Shown: in pieces, positions 1 to 9,706 of the stretch | How the letters are laid out: every line of letters starts with the position of its first letter | How positions within the stretch are numbered: position 1 is the first letter of the stretch | Origin: Candidatus Bathyarchaeota archaeon | Lineage (GTDB): Archaea; Thermoproteota; Bathyarchaeia; Bathyarchaeales; DTEX01 | DNA length: 61,770 nt | Assembly: GCA_003601835.1 (NCBI GenBank) | Contig: PIYB01000014.1 | Location: 1-61,770, forward strand | Reading direction: 5' to 3' | The notes under the pieces: model-generated | Database searches by the model: none | What the model was told of the DNA's origin: nothing | What the model saw: only the letters and a program-made list of their open reading frames with translations | Position numbers and translations under genes: made by a program

Positions 1-67
1 TAGGGTAAACCTGCTTTCAGGGAAAGCCTCAGTTTTTGGCGCATCAGTCAAGCCTAAAGCCCAGATT

Positions 68-1231
68 GTGATCCGTAAAGGAAAACGGGTACCTTTCGAG
101 TTCCCAGTTGACTCTAGGATTGAACTTGCTTTAGGCAATTCTGCTTATTATGAGACGATAGAAGGAAACGCGATTCCATTCTCTTGGAAAAAAGCTGCAA
201 ACGAAATACTATCCTACAAGAAGAACAGCGTAATTCTTGTTCTAGGCGGCGTTGATTCTGGGAAGACCGGGTTATGCACGTATATTGCTAACTCGTTACT
301 GACATCCAAACGGAAACTTGCTTTCATCGACGGGGACTTGGGACAATCAGATGTGGGGCCACCTGGAACCGTAAGCCTCAGCTTCGTTAATGAACCGGTC
401 TTCGATCTTTTCAAGTTTCCGTCTGATGAAATGCGGTTTATTGGCGCAACAAGTCCCCGCGGAAGAGTTGCCTTAATTCTGGATGCAGTTGTGTCTTTGA
501 AACGTATAGCTTTAGAAATGAAGGCAGACTTTATCATCATTAACACGGATGGCTGGGTTGAAGGAGATGGAGCTGTTGACTACAAGGTTCGCTTGGTAGA
601 GGCATTAGCTCCTGATATTGTCCTAGCGATTCAGAGAAAGAATGAGCTGTCTCCTGTTCTTAAGGCCATCGACGCTTTCAAAGTGCTCACAATTGAATCT
701 CCAGTGAACATCAGGAACCGAGACCGCGAAACCAGAAGGCTTCTCCGAGAGTCGGCTTACAAGAAATACTTGAAGGAGCCAAAGGTCCGCTCCTTCCCTC
801 TGAGCTGGATTAAGATTGAAGGAAACTTAAAACTCAACAGTGACAGCGAACCCCTACTGAAAAACAAGGTTGAAAAGATGCTTGGCAAACGAGTTCTGTA
901 CTGTGAAGATACGCCGAAATGCATTGTGCTTGTGTTCAGAAAGGATGTTGACCTTGAAGATGAACAGAAGAAAAAACTTGAATCCCATCTTGGGAAAAGG
1001 GTGGTTGTGCTTCGGCAAGGAGACGAAACTGGGCTTCTAGTCGCATTGGAAAACGCACAAGGAAAAATCTTGGGAATAGGAACAATATGTGATGTTGACT
1101 TCGATAGGAGAACAATAAGAATCAACACGCCGGTAGAAGGGCCCATATCCGGGATTAAGATTGGAAAAATCAAGCTAAACAGCGAAGGACACGAGATCGG
1201 GCTCATCTTTGAAGACTTAGAACTCCGCTGA
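68..1231 (+). CDS. Clp1/Grc3-type polynucleotide 5'-hydroxyl kinase (P-loop NTPase)
   Basis: 387-aa ORF. Walker A GGVDSGKTGL, then FIDGDLGQSD and IINTDGW motifs as in archaeal Clp1-like kinases. GTG start taken from the ORF track; true start uncertain. Confidence 0.65.
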   Translation: MIRKGKRVPFEFPVDSRIELALGNSAYYETIEGNAIPFSWKKAANEILSYKKNSVILVLGGVDSGKTGLCTYIANSLLTSKRKLAFIDGDLGQSDVGPPGTVSLSFVNEPVFDLFKFPSDEMRFIGATSPRGRVALILDAVVSLKRIALEMKADFIIINTDGWVEGDGAVDYKVRLVEALAPDIVLAIQRKNELSPVLKAIDAFKVLTIESPVNIRNRDRETRRLLRESAYKKYLKEPKVRSFPLSWIKIEGNLKLNSDSEPLLKNKVEKMLGKRVLYCEDTPKCIVLVFRKDVDLEDEQKKKLESHLGKRVVVLRQGDETGLLVALENAQGKILGIGTICDVDFDRRTIRINTPVEGPISGIKIGKIKLNSEGHEIGLIFEDLELR

Positions 1232-1876
1232 AGGACACAACCCTCTCAAAGGACAGACTGCATGCAAAGGTCTCAAGGCTTTACAGTAATTCCTTCCGAG
1301 AGCAATGAAAAGCATGTGGACACTGAAATATTCTTCGGGAGAGTACAATTCCTGAAGCCCTTTCCTGACATCCTCATAACCGGCTTCTGACAGGACTAAA
1401 CCCAGCCTTTTTGAAACCCTGTTGACATGTGTGTCCACGGGCAACGTCGGCCTGTTTGCGCAAAAAAGCAGAACGATGTCTGCGGTTTTAGGTCCAACAC
1501 CCGGCAGGTCCATAAGATTCTTTCTCGCCTCGCTTAGAGGTAGAGAGTAGACGAAATCTAGCGAACCGTTGAATTTTTCGAGGATAACTTTTGCAACGTT
1601 CTTTAACACTTTGGCTTTGTTACGGTAGAGCCCTGCGACTCTTAATGTTTTCTCTAGCTCTGTCAAATCGGCTTTATCCATAGCTTCAGGGGTTATCGGA
1701 AACGTTTCGGAAAGGTTCTGATAGGCTCTGCGTGTGTTAACTTCCGCGGTTGACTGGCTGATGATAGTGCGTACGAGAACCTTAAACGGATCTTCGGTGA
1801 TGCTTGAGAGTTGTGGAACGGAGAACTCGCGTTTCAAGATTTCGAGGATTTTCCCCGCTTTTTCCCGTTTCTGCAT
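1217..1876 (-). CDS. nth: endonuclease III / HhH-GPD DNA glycosylase
   Basis: 219 aa. HhH motif LPGVGPKTADIVLLF, catalytic-region VDTHVNRV, and a C-terminal four-Cys cluster CKALRPLHAVCPLRGLCPS (Fe-S loop). Overlaps the Clp1-like 3' end convergently by 15 nt. Confidence 0.85.
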   Translation of the reverse strand: MQKREKAGKILEILKREFSVPQLSSITEDPFKVLVRTIISQSTAEVNTRRAYQNLSETFPITPEAMDKADLTELEKTLRVAGLYRNKAKVLKNVAKVILEKFNGSLDFVYSLPLSEARKNLMDLPGVGPKTADIVLLFCANRPTLPVDTHVNRVSKRLGLVLSEAGYEDVRKGLQELYSPEEYFSVHMLFIALGRNYCKALRPLHAVCPLRGLCPSAEF

Positions 1877-1986
1877 CTTTCGGTGTTGCCGCCTCGTGTG
1901 TTTGCTTTAATTTATTAGGTTCTTTGGATAAAAAGAAATCTTGTTTGGAGGCATGGTGTTTGAGGGAAAATAGGCTAAGAGAAAAG

Positions 1987-2745
1987 ATGAGAAAAGGTGA
2001 GCCGACGATTGGAACTAGAATCCTCATTGCGTGGCCAGGTATCGTTGAGCTGATCGGCTACACCAATGTCTATGACTACGTTGAGTTCGTGAGCGAATAC
2101 GCTCCTTACAGCCTGTACGACTTCGACAATTTAGCCAGAGCAGCAGAGCTTGTCGGCATCTCATCCATGATCAAGATTGATCAGGAACCGCGGACATACT
2201 TGGCTGAAAGGGCGTTGATGGCAGGCATCCAAAACGTGCTGTTTGTCGACATCAGAACAGTTGAAGACGCAGAGGAAGCTGTGCGCGCCGTGAGGGCTGA
2301 ACCTAAGGGCTTCAATGGTTTCAGAATGGACAGAAGAGTCGGCTACGTTTCCGTAACAGCTTCAGCGCCCGATGTTGTCAAGATGTGCGACGACGCTGTG
2401 GTTGCTTTAATGATCGAGAAAAAATCAGCCGTTGAAAATCTGGAAGAGATCCTTTCAGTCGAAGGTGTAGACATGGTGCAGTTTGGGCCTTCCGATTACT
2501 CGGTTAGCATAGGTCGACCTGGTGAGACTAGTCATCCTAAGGTGAGAGAAGCCGAGCTCAAGACGATAAAGACAGCGTTGAAGATGGATGTCGCACCTAG
2601 AGCCGAGATAAGAAGCCCTGAAGCTGCCAAGAGATACATTGAACTAGGCGTGCGAAACTTCAGCATAGGTACCGATGTGAGCGTGCTGTATAGCTGGTGG
2701 AAACAGAACGGAACGGAACTTCAGAAGATCCTGTCAAAAATATGA
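1987..2745 (+). CDS. HpcH/HpaI aldolase/citrate-lyase family protein
   Basis: Family-like N-terminus MRKGEPTIGTRILIAWPGIVELIG and TIM-barrel aldolase-like body. Start moved to ATG 1987 because the track start at 1804 would run antisense through nth. The usual D-x-EH is replaced by EFVSEY, so specificity is unclear. Confidence 0.55.
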   Translation: MRKGEPTIGTRILIAWPGIVELIGYTNVYDYVEFVSEYAPYSLYDFDNLARAAELVGISSMIKIDQEPRTYLAERALMAGIQNVLFVDIRTVEDAEEAVRAVRAEPKGFNGFRMDRRVGYVSVTASAPDVVKMCDDAVVALMIEKKSAVENLEEILSVEGVDMVQFGPSDYSVSIGRPGETSHPKVREAELKTIKTALKMDVAPRAEIRSPEAAKRYIELGVRNFSIGTDVSVLYSWWKQNGTELQKILSKI

Positions 2746-2801
2746 TGATTTGTCGGCTGCTGAACCGCTTCGCAACTAGCTCAAACGAGCACAGAGCAGC
2801 G

Positions 2802-3800
2802 TCATAGTCGACAAACGGTTGATTCCTTTATTTTATCGATTAACATCATCGTCTTCGTTGCATCAGCCAGGTTTGTTTCGGGTTCCTCATCCTCTTTTAT
2901 GCAGTCAATGAAATGACGGTTTTCCTGATAGTAACCGTAACATTTATGGAACTCTTGGCTGCCCACGATTTTTGAGCTTTCAATAATTTCGGCTTTGTCT
3001 AACGACCGGTTGTCCCATACGATGAAAGCCTTCTGTTGATCAACCTCCTGCGGAAGATCAACGTAAGCCGATATTCCTTTACCGTGCATTTCAAACCTGT
3101 GAACCCGTGTGCCAGCTGTGAAACAGCTATTCAAATGGCCTATTGCACCATTCTCGAAAATTACGAGAGCGTTGAAACTGTTGATGGCGTCGGAATAGAA
3201 GCTGCGAACATAACTCGCTATCGTCTTAACCTCGCTTCCGCTCATCCATCGTAAAGCATCCACGGCATGTATGGCGTCTGACGTTAGATGGTCAAGAACG
3301 CCGTAAACTTTGGGTTGTTTAATCTGGTTTTTATGATAAGTCGCAGCGCAATGAGTGATCATACCGCGTTCTTCAACTATTTTCTTGGCAACTTTTGCTA
3401 TGGGTATGAAACGCCTGTTGAACCCCACCATTGTTCTGCAATTGTTCGCTGCTGCAGCCTCAGCCATCTTTTTTGTTTGTTCGGTGCTTATGCCGGGTGG
3501 TTTTTCGAGGAAAACATGTTTCTTTTTTCTGAGACCATAAGTAACGACGTCAACAAGAGGTTCAGCGTGCTGATAACCGCCGATTGGTATGGGAAACATG
3601 ATGACGTATACAGCGTCCAAATCAACAACTTCTTTCAACATCTGTTTGTAATCTTTAAATCTCAACTCGATTCCATACTTGTCACAAGTACTGTTAAGTT
3701 TCTCTTCATCGAGATCGCAAACCGCCTTGAGTTCCACATCTCTGAATTCCGCCAACGATGGATAATGAACACGATTCGCCCAGTTCCCCGCGCCAATCAT
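2802..3800 (-). CDS. Gfo/Idh/MocA family NAD(P)-dependent oxidoreductase
   Basis: 332 aa. N-terminal Rossmann MIGAGNWA, the EKPPG motif (FLEKPPGIS), and a C-terminal alpha/beta domain typical of the family. Confidence 0.8.
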   Translation of the reverse strand: MIGAGNWANRVHYPSLAEFRDVELKAVCDLDEEKLNSTCDKYGIELRFKDYKQMLKEVVDLDAVYVIMFPIPIGGYQHAEPLVDVVTYGLRKKKHVFLEKPPGISTEQTKKMAEAAAANNCRTMVGFNRRFIPIAKVAKKIVEERGMITHCAATYHKNQIKQPKVYGVLDHLTSDAIHAVDALRWMSGSEVKTIASYVRSFYSDAINSFNALVIFENGAIGHLNSCFTAGTRVHRFEMHGKGISAYVDLPQEVDQQKAFIVWDNRSLDKAEIIESSKIVGSQEFHKCYGYYQENRHFIDCIKEDEEPETNLADATKTMMLIDKIKESTVCRL

Positions 3801-3961
3801 CCCAACCTTAATCTTGTCTGCCAGCCTTAATCTTCTCCTGTTTAATGATAAGAACCCCTAGACAGCATTTAACAATGTTTCATGAACTTAGCATTTTCAG
3901 GTATATGCATAATCCATGTAATTTCATCCGTTTTTCCGAACAAATAAATATTCATGCTGCA

Positions 3962-3972
3962 TCTATATTTTT
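3962..3972 (+). promoter_or_regulatory. TATA-box-like element about 25 nt upstream of ATG 3991 (probable leaderless transcript)
   Basis: TCTATATTTTT is centred about 25 nt before the ATG of the 119-aa ORF. No Shine-Dalgarno lies between them. Confidence 0.4.
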
Positions 3973-3990
3973 CCGAGTTGCCGAGTTCTC

Positions 3991-4350
3991 ATGTCACGAG
4001 CAAAGATCATCCGCGGAGAAACTAAAGAGAGAGACACAACATATTCTGCAGTCTTCATTGAAATGGAGAACGCTTACTTTGTGCTTCTAAGCGAAGGCGA
4101 AGAGAGACTTGGAACGTTAGCGGTTTCCTTGCCCCAAAAACCAGGGATGCTTGGTCCCCCATTGTCATCGATTCTCCTAGGGGAAAGAAACGTCACACTT
4201 GCAAGGCTACTGGCAGAACGCTTAGCCAAAAGTCTCAACAAAATGGTTCTAGTCTCAGTTTTCGTGAAAACTTTGGACGAAAAAGAGGTGGGCCGCGTTT
4301 TCTTGAGGCTTTTAGAAAAGACCCTGAAGAAAAAGGGAGGGTTGAGATGA
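3991..4350 (+). CDS. small UbiD-associated protein, possibly an LpdD/PAC4-like prenyl-flavin chaperone
   Basis: 119 aa. Its TGA overlaps the ATG of the UbiD-family gene (ATGA at 4347-4350), which implies translational coupling. The LGTLAVSLP core resembles LpdD/PAC4-like folds. The assignment is tentative. Confidence 0.4.
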   Translation: MSRAKIIRGETKERDTTYSAVFIEMENAYFVLLSEGEERLGTLAVSLPQKPGMLGPPLSSILLGERNVTLARLLAERLAKSLNKMVLVSVFVKTLDEKEVGRVFLRLLEKTLKKKGGLR

Positions 4351-5696
4351 GCCTTAGAAGTTTTCTAGAAAAGATGGAAGCCCAGAACGAAGTGGCACAC
4401 ATAACCGATAAAATGTCCCCCCGATTCGAAATACCGTCAGTCATCAATGCTCTTGCTGACGGCCCTATACTCATGTTTGAGAACGTAGACGGATACCCCG
4501 TCAAGGTCGTCGGCAACGTTTGCGGTGTACGAAGCCGAATCTGCCAAGCTCTGAATGTTCCCCCAGAATCGCTTTACCGAAGGCTCAACGATGCCCTTGA
4601 ATCGCCGAAACCCCCCAAGATCGTCGAAGAAGCTCCAGTGAAGAAAGTCCAAGAGCCCCCGGTGCTCTCAAAGATTCCTGTGTTAACCCATTTCGAAAAA
4701 GACCCCGGGGCTTACATAACCTCTGCAGTGATCTCAGCTAGAAGCGTCGACGGCGTAACCGAAAATGTTTCCATACATCGGCTTCAAGTTTTAGATGATC
4801 GGCATTTAGCTATTCGGCTTGTTCCAAGACATCTTTTCAAACTTTGGAGCATGGCTAAGGAAGAAAAAAGAGATCTGGAGATCTCGATATCCATCGGGGT
4901 TCATCCAGCTGTGATGTTAGCCGCTGCGAGTTCACCTCCTTTCGGGGTCAGCGAATACGGTGTGGCTAACACGTTGCTCGGCGGCAATCTTCAGCTGACA
5001 AAATGCGAAAAGATTGAAGCGTACGCGCCTGCAGAAGCTGAGCTGGTTCTCGAAGGCAAGATATCCTTTGACCGGGAAGCTGAAGAGGGACCTTTCGTTG
5101 ACATAACCGGCACATACGACATAAAAAGAACGCAGCCGGTTGTAGAAATAGTCAACATCATGCACCGTGAAGACTATTTGTTCCAAGCTCTTTTACCCGG
5201 AGGTCCAGAACACAGGCTTTTGATGGGGTTGCCTCGGGAAGCCGCAATATACAACGCTGTTTCCCAAGTTGTGCCGCGGGTTAACGCTGTGAATCTTTCT
5301 GTTGGCGGGTGCGGGTGGCTTCACGCGGTGATCTCAATAGAAAAACAGATGGATGGTGACTCAAAGAATGCTTTGTTAGCTGCGTTCGCTGGGCACCCAA
5401 GTCTTAAGCATGTTGTCGTCGTTGATTCGGATATTGATGTTTTCAATCTGCAAGAAGTGGAATGGGCGATAGCACTGCGTTTTCAATCAAAGGAGGATCT
5501 GATCGTAATTCCTAACGCGCGAGGATCAACACTTGATCCCTCGGCTGACCAAGAGAAAGGCTTGACATCAAAGATGGGAATCGACGCGACGAGACCATTA
5601 AGTGCACCAGCAGAGAATTTCAGGAAAGCAACCATTCCGACCAGCAAAAGGGCTGCGGAGACAGTTAAGAAAATACTAGGGCTTTCGAAAAAATAG
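4347..5696 (+). CDS. UbiD-family (prenyl-FMN dependent) decarboxylase; candidate anhydromevalonate phosphate decarboxylase
   Basis: 449 aa with UbiD-like layout: ITSAVISARS...NVSIHRLQV, GPFVDITG, GGCGWLHAVISI. It sits next to aconitase-X-type dehydratase subunits. Confidence 0.8.
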   Translation: MSLRSFLEKMEAQNEVAHITDKMSPRFEIPSVINALADGPILMFENVDGYPVKVVGNVCGVRSRICQALNVPPESLYRRLNDALESPKPPKIVEEAPVKKVQEPPVLSKIPVLTHFEKDPGAYITSAVISARSVDGVTENVSIHRLQVLDDRHLAIRLVPRHLFKLWSMAKEEKRDLEISISIGVHPAVMLAAASSPPFGVSEYGVANTLLGGNLQLTKCEKIEAYAPAEAELVLEGKISFDREAEEGPFVDITGTYDIKRTQPVVEIVNIMHREDYLFQALLPGGPEHRLLMGLPREAAIYNAVSQVVPRVNAVNLSVGGCGWLHAVISIEKQMDGDSKNALLAAFAGHPSLKHVVVVDSDIDVFNLQEVEWAIALRFQSKEDLIVIPNARGSTLDPSADQEKGLTSKMGIDATRPLSAPAENFRKATIPTSKRAAETVKKILGLSKK

Positions 5697-5704
5697 GCGT
5701 GATG

Positions 5705-6883
5705 CTACCGTGTGCAAGCTGCGTCTATGCATTCTCTGAGCGATCCAAATCTGACTTTTACTTTGTTCATGGTCGGAGCGTAGTAGGCTGTTTTCGCCGA
5801 GTTTGTCATCAAGGTGTCCACTCCGAGCTTTTTGAGCCACGTAACCACAGCACAGGTGTCAGAAACAACTTTTCCTCCAGCTGCCTCAATGGTTGCTACG
5901 TCGAACTCGGCTCGTTCCTTCACGTACCGCGATGTGCAAACCCACAACTTAACATCATTCTTGACCTTTCTCCCCTCAATTGTTTCAGCTACTCGTTTTA
6001 CCTCGCTGAAGGAACAGTGTGGACATCCGATGTAAACCATGTCCGGCTGCTCATCGGTCGTTGACAGGCTTTCCATAGATTCCTTCAGCTCATCTCGGCC
6101 AACCCTTACGGTTTCAAGTCTCTTGACAGATTTCGGGCAGGACTGGCAAGGATAGAAAATGGATGTCATCCCTGTTGAGGCTAACGCGGCGCCGAGCTGT
6201 TTTAAGTCTTCTTCTCGTGGATGTGCTAGCCCTTCAAAAGCAGGTATCTTGTCTTTAAGAGTCTTTCCCAAGTATGCGCCGAGAGCCCCATACTGAGCTT
6301 CGTTTTCAAGTTCCGTCTCAACTTTAACGGCAATGTTCGCTTTTCGGTTTTCTGGACGATGCATACCGTAATCCGGGGTTTTTCCGATGAGTGCTGCTGC
6401 AAGTGCACTGGGGCCGCCTTCCCGATTTGTCCATGCGTCCAATATGGAGTTGGCATAGATCACTGTTGAGGACTCCGCCCATGCAACGTGAACGCCTTGA
6501 GCAGGCTTTTTTATGTAATAAGGTGTACAGGTCAGAATCGGGTTGATTCCCATCGTACGGTAAAGACTGATTATCTTCGCCTGTTTTTCCTTAACCTTTG
6601 ACGAGACGGGCATCTCGGTCAGACGGTTGTAGTCAAGCCCCGCAGGGTTGATTGTGGAAGGAACTTTTGCCTTTGCTCCTGCTTGTGCTAGAGCTTCTAC
6701 AAACTCGATTGCGGCGTCACCCATAGTTTTGTAAGAAACTCCTGAAATGTGCGCGGACTCGATTGGTATTAGATGGGTTGCGCCGAAAAGGTCTCCTAGC
6801 TTCACCAGAATTCTCATAGCTGTCTGGTATGCCCAGCCTTCTTCTCCGTCGTAGATGTGTTCTTCCTCGGTTGTCAGATGCAT
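5705..6883 (-). CDS. aconitase X (DUF521) catalytic subunit; candidate phosphomevalonate dehydratase large subunit
   Basis: 392 aa. N-terminus MHLTTEEEHIYDGEEGWAYQTAMRILVKLGDLFGATHLIPIESAHISG is the characteristic DUF521/AcnX signature. Confidence 0.8.
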   Translation of the reverse strand: MHLTTEEEHIYDGEEGWAYQTAMRILVKLGDLFGATHLIPIESAHISGVSYKTMGDAAIEFVEALAQAGAKAKVPSTINPAGLDYNRLTEMPVSSKVKEKQAKIISLYRTMGINPILTCTPYYIKKPAQGVHVAWAESSTVIYANSILDAWTNREGGPSALAAALIGKTPDYGMHRPENRKANIAVKVETELENEAQYGALGAYLGKTLKDKIPAFEGLAHPREEDLKQLGAALASTGMTSIFYPCQSCPKSVKRLETVRVGRDELKESMESLSTTDEQPDMVYIGCPHCSFSEVKRVAETIEGRKVKNDVKLWVCTSRYVKERAEFDVATIEAAGGKVVSDTCAVVTWLKKLGVDTLMTNSAKTAYYAPTMNKVKVRFGSLRECIDAACTR

Positions 6884-7290
6884 GGTTTTTTCCTCTTCAC
6901 TATCCTAACTATGCCTTTGCCGCCGTTGACTTCAACAACGTCTCCGTTTCCTATTTGACCTATGTTTATTCCGTCAACCATCGGGACTTCAGCGATAACC
7001 GCGCCTACAACAACAACCGGGTCAGCGGTCTCATTAACAATGGCTTTTGGGCCTATGCCTCTTTTTACAAGGGAATAAAGAACGTAGCTGCCAACCGTCG
7101 ACCCGTGACCGTGCGGAAAACACAGAATATTGCCGTTAATTTCTTGGCCGTTAAGGTCGTGGTTTTTTTCAATTATGATGCTGGTTTCAGGGTCTACGCC
7201 GCCCAAAAAGCTCAGAGGTTTCTTAGAGACTAAGGCTTTGCCTCGAGCCAACCCGGGAACTATTGGACGACCCTTTAGTTCAACCTTCAA
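6874..7290 (-). CDS. aconitase X swivel-domain (DUF126) subunit; candidate phosphomevalonate dehydratase small subunit
   Basis: 138 aa. LSFLGGVDPETS, FPHGHGSTVGSYVL and GPKAIVN motifs of DUF126. Overlaps the large-subunit gene by 10 nt. Confidence 0.75.
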   Translation of the reverse strand: MKVELKGRPIVPGLARGKALVSKKPLSFLGGVDPETSIIIEKNHDLNGQEINGNILCFPHGHGSTVGSYVLYSLVKRGIGPKAIVNETADPVVVVGAVIAEVPMVDGINIGQIGNGDVVEVNGGKGIVRIVKRKKPCI

Positions 7291-7465
7291 GTCTTTGTTC
7301 GCCTCATGTTCTGGGTGTGTAGAACCCTTCGTTATTTAATAAACAATTCTCTCTCTAATAGATTTCAGGAGAAAACCTTGAGTGTTCCAAAAAAGGGACT
7401 TGCGTTGCAAACAAAAATTCTGTATGTAAATGCTAAGAGTTGACGATTGGCGAGGCGACGGAATT

Positions 7466-7771
7466 TCAAGCCGTTTCATGTAACATGTGTGTTTTTAGCG
7501 TTAGGTTAGTATCTGAGAACCGGTTTTCTTTTGCCGTTAACCTTAGGAACGCCATTAATGCTTCGAATCCTTTAGCGGTGAGCTCATAATCGATCTTGCT
7601 GTCTTCAAGCACCGATGTTGATATAAACCCTTCCGAGCCTAAGAAGCTTAGATGTTTTTCCGCCGTGCTTATGGATAGCCTCGCTTTTCTCGCTATGACC
7701 ATTAGGTCTCTGTGCTTGGAAACTGCCTGCAGAAGGTCTAGGTAAATCTCCAGTTTTGACCGTCGCCTCAA
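7466..7771 (-). CDS. winged-helix DNA-binding protein
   Basis: 101 aa. The pattern IARKARLSISTAEKHLSFLGSEGFI fits helix-turn-helix plus wing. TTG start, with TATATAAAG on the minus strand about 35 nt upstream. Confidence 0.5.
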   Translation of the reverse strand: MRRRSKLEIYLDLLQAVSKHRDLMVIARKARLSISTAEKHLSFLGSEGFISTSVLEDSKIDYELTAKGFEALMAFLRLTAKENRFSDTNLTLKTHMLHETA

Positions 7772-7941
7772 CTTTCCTCAGCACCTGAAAATGAAGCTCA
7801 GCTTTATATAGTAATTATGAACCTTGAGTCTGAACTCTGAATCATAAACAGCAATGTTTTTTCGGAGAATCACGTTAGATAATCCTTTAAGTGCGGCCCG
7901 CTCTAGCTTGAACTGGGAGAATCAGCAGGTGCCTCGGCGGT

Positions 7942-8958
7942 ATGAGCAAAACCCTTGATGAGATTTATGATCTTGAAGAAAAAAGGCTTAAAGAAGAGAT
8001 CGTGAAACGCGGAGCAAAAAGGGTCTTACTGCAGCTACCTGAAGGGTTGAAACCACAGGGTCCTCGACTGGCAGCCGTAATTGAGGATGCGGGAGCGGTC
8101 GCTGTGATTTCCGGCGATCCTTGTTATGGCGCCTGTGACCTGCCTTTGTGTGAAGCTGAGCATCTTGAGGTTGACCTTGTAGTTCATTATGGGCATACGG
8201 AGATGGTGAGTCTTAGGAATGTATCTGTGCCCGTGCTTTACATCGAAGCGAAAGCCAACATCGAGGTCAGAACCGCGGTGGAGAAGGCTTTGAAATGGAT
8301 GGGGGCCTGGAAAAGAATTGGGCTGGTAACCACGGTTCAGCATGTGCACATGCTTGAGGAAGCGAAGGCGGTTCTTGAGGCTGCTGATAAGACCGTTTAC
8401 ATAGGACGTGCCGGAAGCACCGAATATCCCGGTCAGGTCTTAGGCTGCGATTATGGCAACGCTGTTTCAGTTTCGAACGATGTTGAGGCTTTCCTGTTTG
8501 TTGGCGGAGGACGTTTCCATGCGCTCGGAGTGTATCTTGCAACAATGAAGCCTACGGTGGTTGCTGATCCGTACGAGAACAGGGCTTACGTCGTTGATTC
8601 TGACGCTCAGAAAATCATACGGAGACGATGGGCAAACATCAACGAAGCGAGAAAAGCACGAAACTTCGGCGTAATCATAGGGCTGAAGCCTGGGCAAAGC
8701 AATGTTCAATTGGCTTATAAAATAAAGAAGGCTCTAAACGAGAAAGGGAAAAACGCTGTTCTGCTGGCTTTGCGGGAGATATCTCCGTCTGTGCTTTTGC
8801 AGTTTCCTTCAATAGACGCATATGTGAACACTGCTTGTCCAAGAATCGTTTTAGGCGAATCAGCAGCTTTTGTTAAACCGATGCTTACAGTGAAAGAAGC
8901 AGAGGTTGTTCTCGGCTGGAAAAGATGGGAAGACCTGCTTGAAGACGGTTTTGTTTAA
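7942..8958 (+). CDS. dph2: 2-(3-amino-3-carboxypropyl)histidine synthase (diphthamide synthesis, radical SAM-like)
   Basis: 338 aa. VLLQLPEGLK, GDPCYGACD and TACPR motifs typical of archaeal Dph2. Confidence 0.85.
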   Translation: MSKTLDEIYDLEEKRLKEEIVKRGAKRVLLQLPEGLKPQGPRLAAVIEDAGAVAVISGDPCYGACDLPLCEAEHLEVDLVVHYGHTEMVSLRNVSVPVLYIEAKANIEVRTAVEKALKWMGAWKRIGLVTTVQHVHMLEEAKAVLEAADKTVYIGRAGSTEYPGQVLGCDYGNAVSVSNDVEAFLFVGGGRFHALGVYLATMKPTVVADPYENRAYVVDSDAQKIIRRRWANINEARKARNFGVIIGLKPGQSNVQLAYKIKKALNEKGKNAVLLALREISPSVLLQFPSIDAYVNTACPRIVLGESAAFVKPMLTVKEAEVVLGWKRWEDLLEDGFV

Positions 8959-8970
8959 AACAAGGCAACG

Positions 8971-9621
8971 ATGGTTGGCGCCGGGTTATTGGAGCTGAGA
9001 GCTATGAGGAAAAAACAGCTGGAAATAATCTTGTCCCAATTAGCTCCAAGCCCTAAGCCGAAACTGAAATATGAAGGGTACACTCTGGACGCTGAAAGCG
9101 CTGCGGAGATGGCTTATGTAGCAGCTTGGTTAAATGATGATGTCCACGGGAAAAAGGTTGTTGACTTGGGCTGTGGCTCAGGGATCTTAGCCATCGCTGC
9201 TGCTTTGCTTGGAGCTGAACAGGTTGTCGGCGTCGACGTAGATAAAGACGCAGTGAAAACCGCCAAGAGTAACGCTGGGAAAATGAAAGTTTGCGTTGAC
9301 TTCGTTGTAGGCGACATTATGTGCATCGTTGGTCATTTTGATTCAACGTTGATGAATCCTCCTTTTGGGAGCTGGAGAAAAGGAGCAGATGTCTATTTCT
9401 TGAAGAAAGCCTTGGAATTGTCGGATGTTGTGTACTCGCTTCATAAACATAGCAGTTCGGTGCGGGATTTTTTAAGGAAAAAGATTCCCCACCTAGGCGG
9501 ACGAATAGATCAAGTCTATGAAATGCAGATAGTGATACCTCGAACCTACAGTTTTCACAGAAAAAAGAGTTACACGGTTAAAGCCGATTTATATCGGATT
9601 CTTAAAAATTGTCCAGATTAA
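8971..9621 (+). CDS. class I SAM-dependent methyltransferase (METTL5-like, NPPF motif)
   Basis: [20 protein letters not shown] (motif I) and MNPPFG (motif IV). Alternative ATG at 9004. Its position between dph2 and csl4 is conserved in archaea. Confidence 0.75.
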   Translation: MVGAGLLELRAMRKKQLEIILSQLAPSPKPKLKYEGYTLDAESAAEMAYVAAWLNDDVHGKKVVDLGCGSGILAIAAALLGAEQVVGVDVDKDAVKTAKSNAGKMKVCVDFVVGDIMCIVGHFDSTLMNPPFGSWRKGADVYFLKKALELSDVVYSLHKHSSSVRDFLRKKIPHLGGRIDQVYEMQIVIPRTYSFHRKKSYTVKADLYRILKNCPD

Positions 9622-9706
9622 CTGAGTGATGAATGAACGATTTTAACAGCAAAGCTAATATGGAAGCTTCCAATCGTTTGTTTACGGTCAAGCTTTAGAG
9701 ACAGTA

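Noticed and set aside
1804-1986. Upstream extension of the HpcH-like ORF (track start at 1804).
   Set aside because: It would run antisense through the 5' end of nth. The family N-terminus begins at the internal ATG 1987.
2742-2800. Possible C/D box sRNA: ATGATGA at 2742-2748 with CTGA 11 nt later.
   Set aside because: No C' box or terminal D box at the expected 50 to 60 nt spacing. The ATGATGA is simply the tandem stop region of the aldolase gene.
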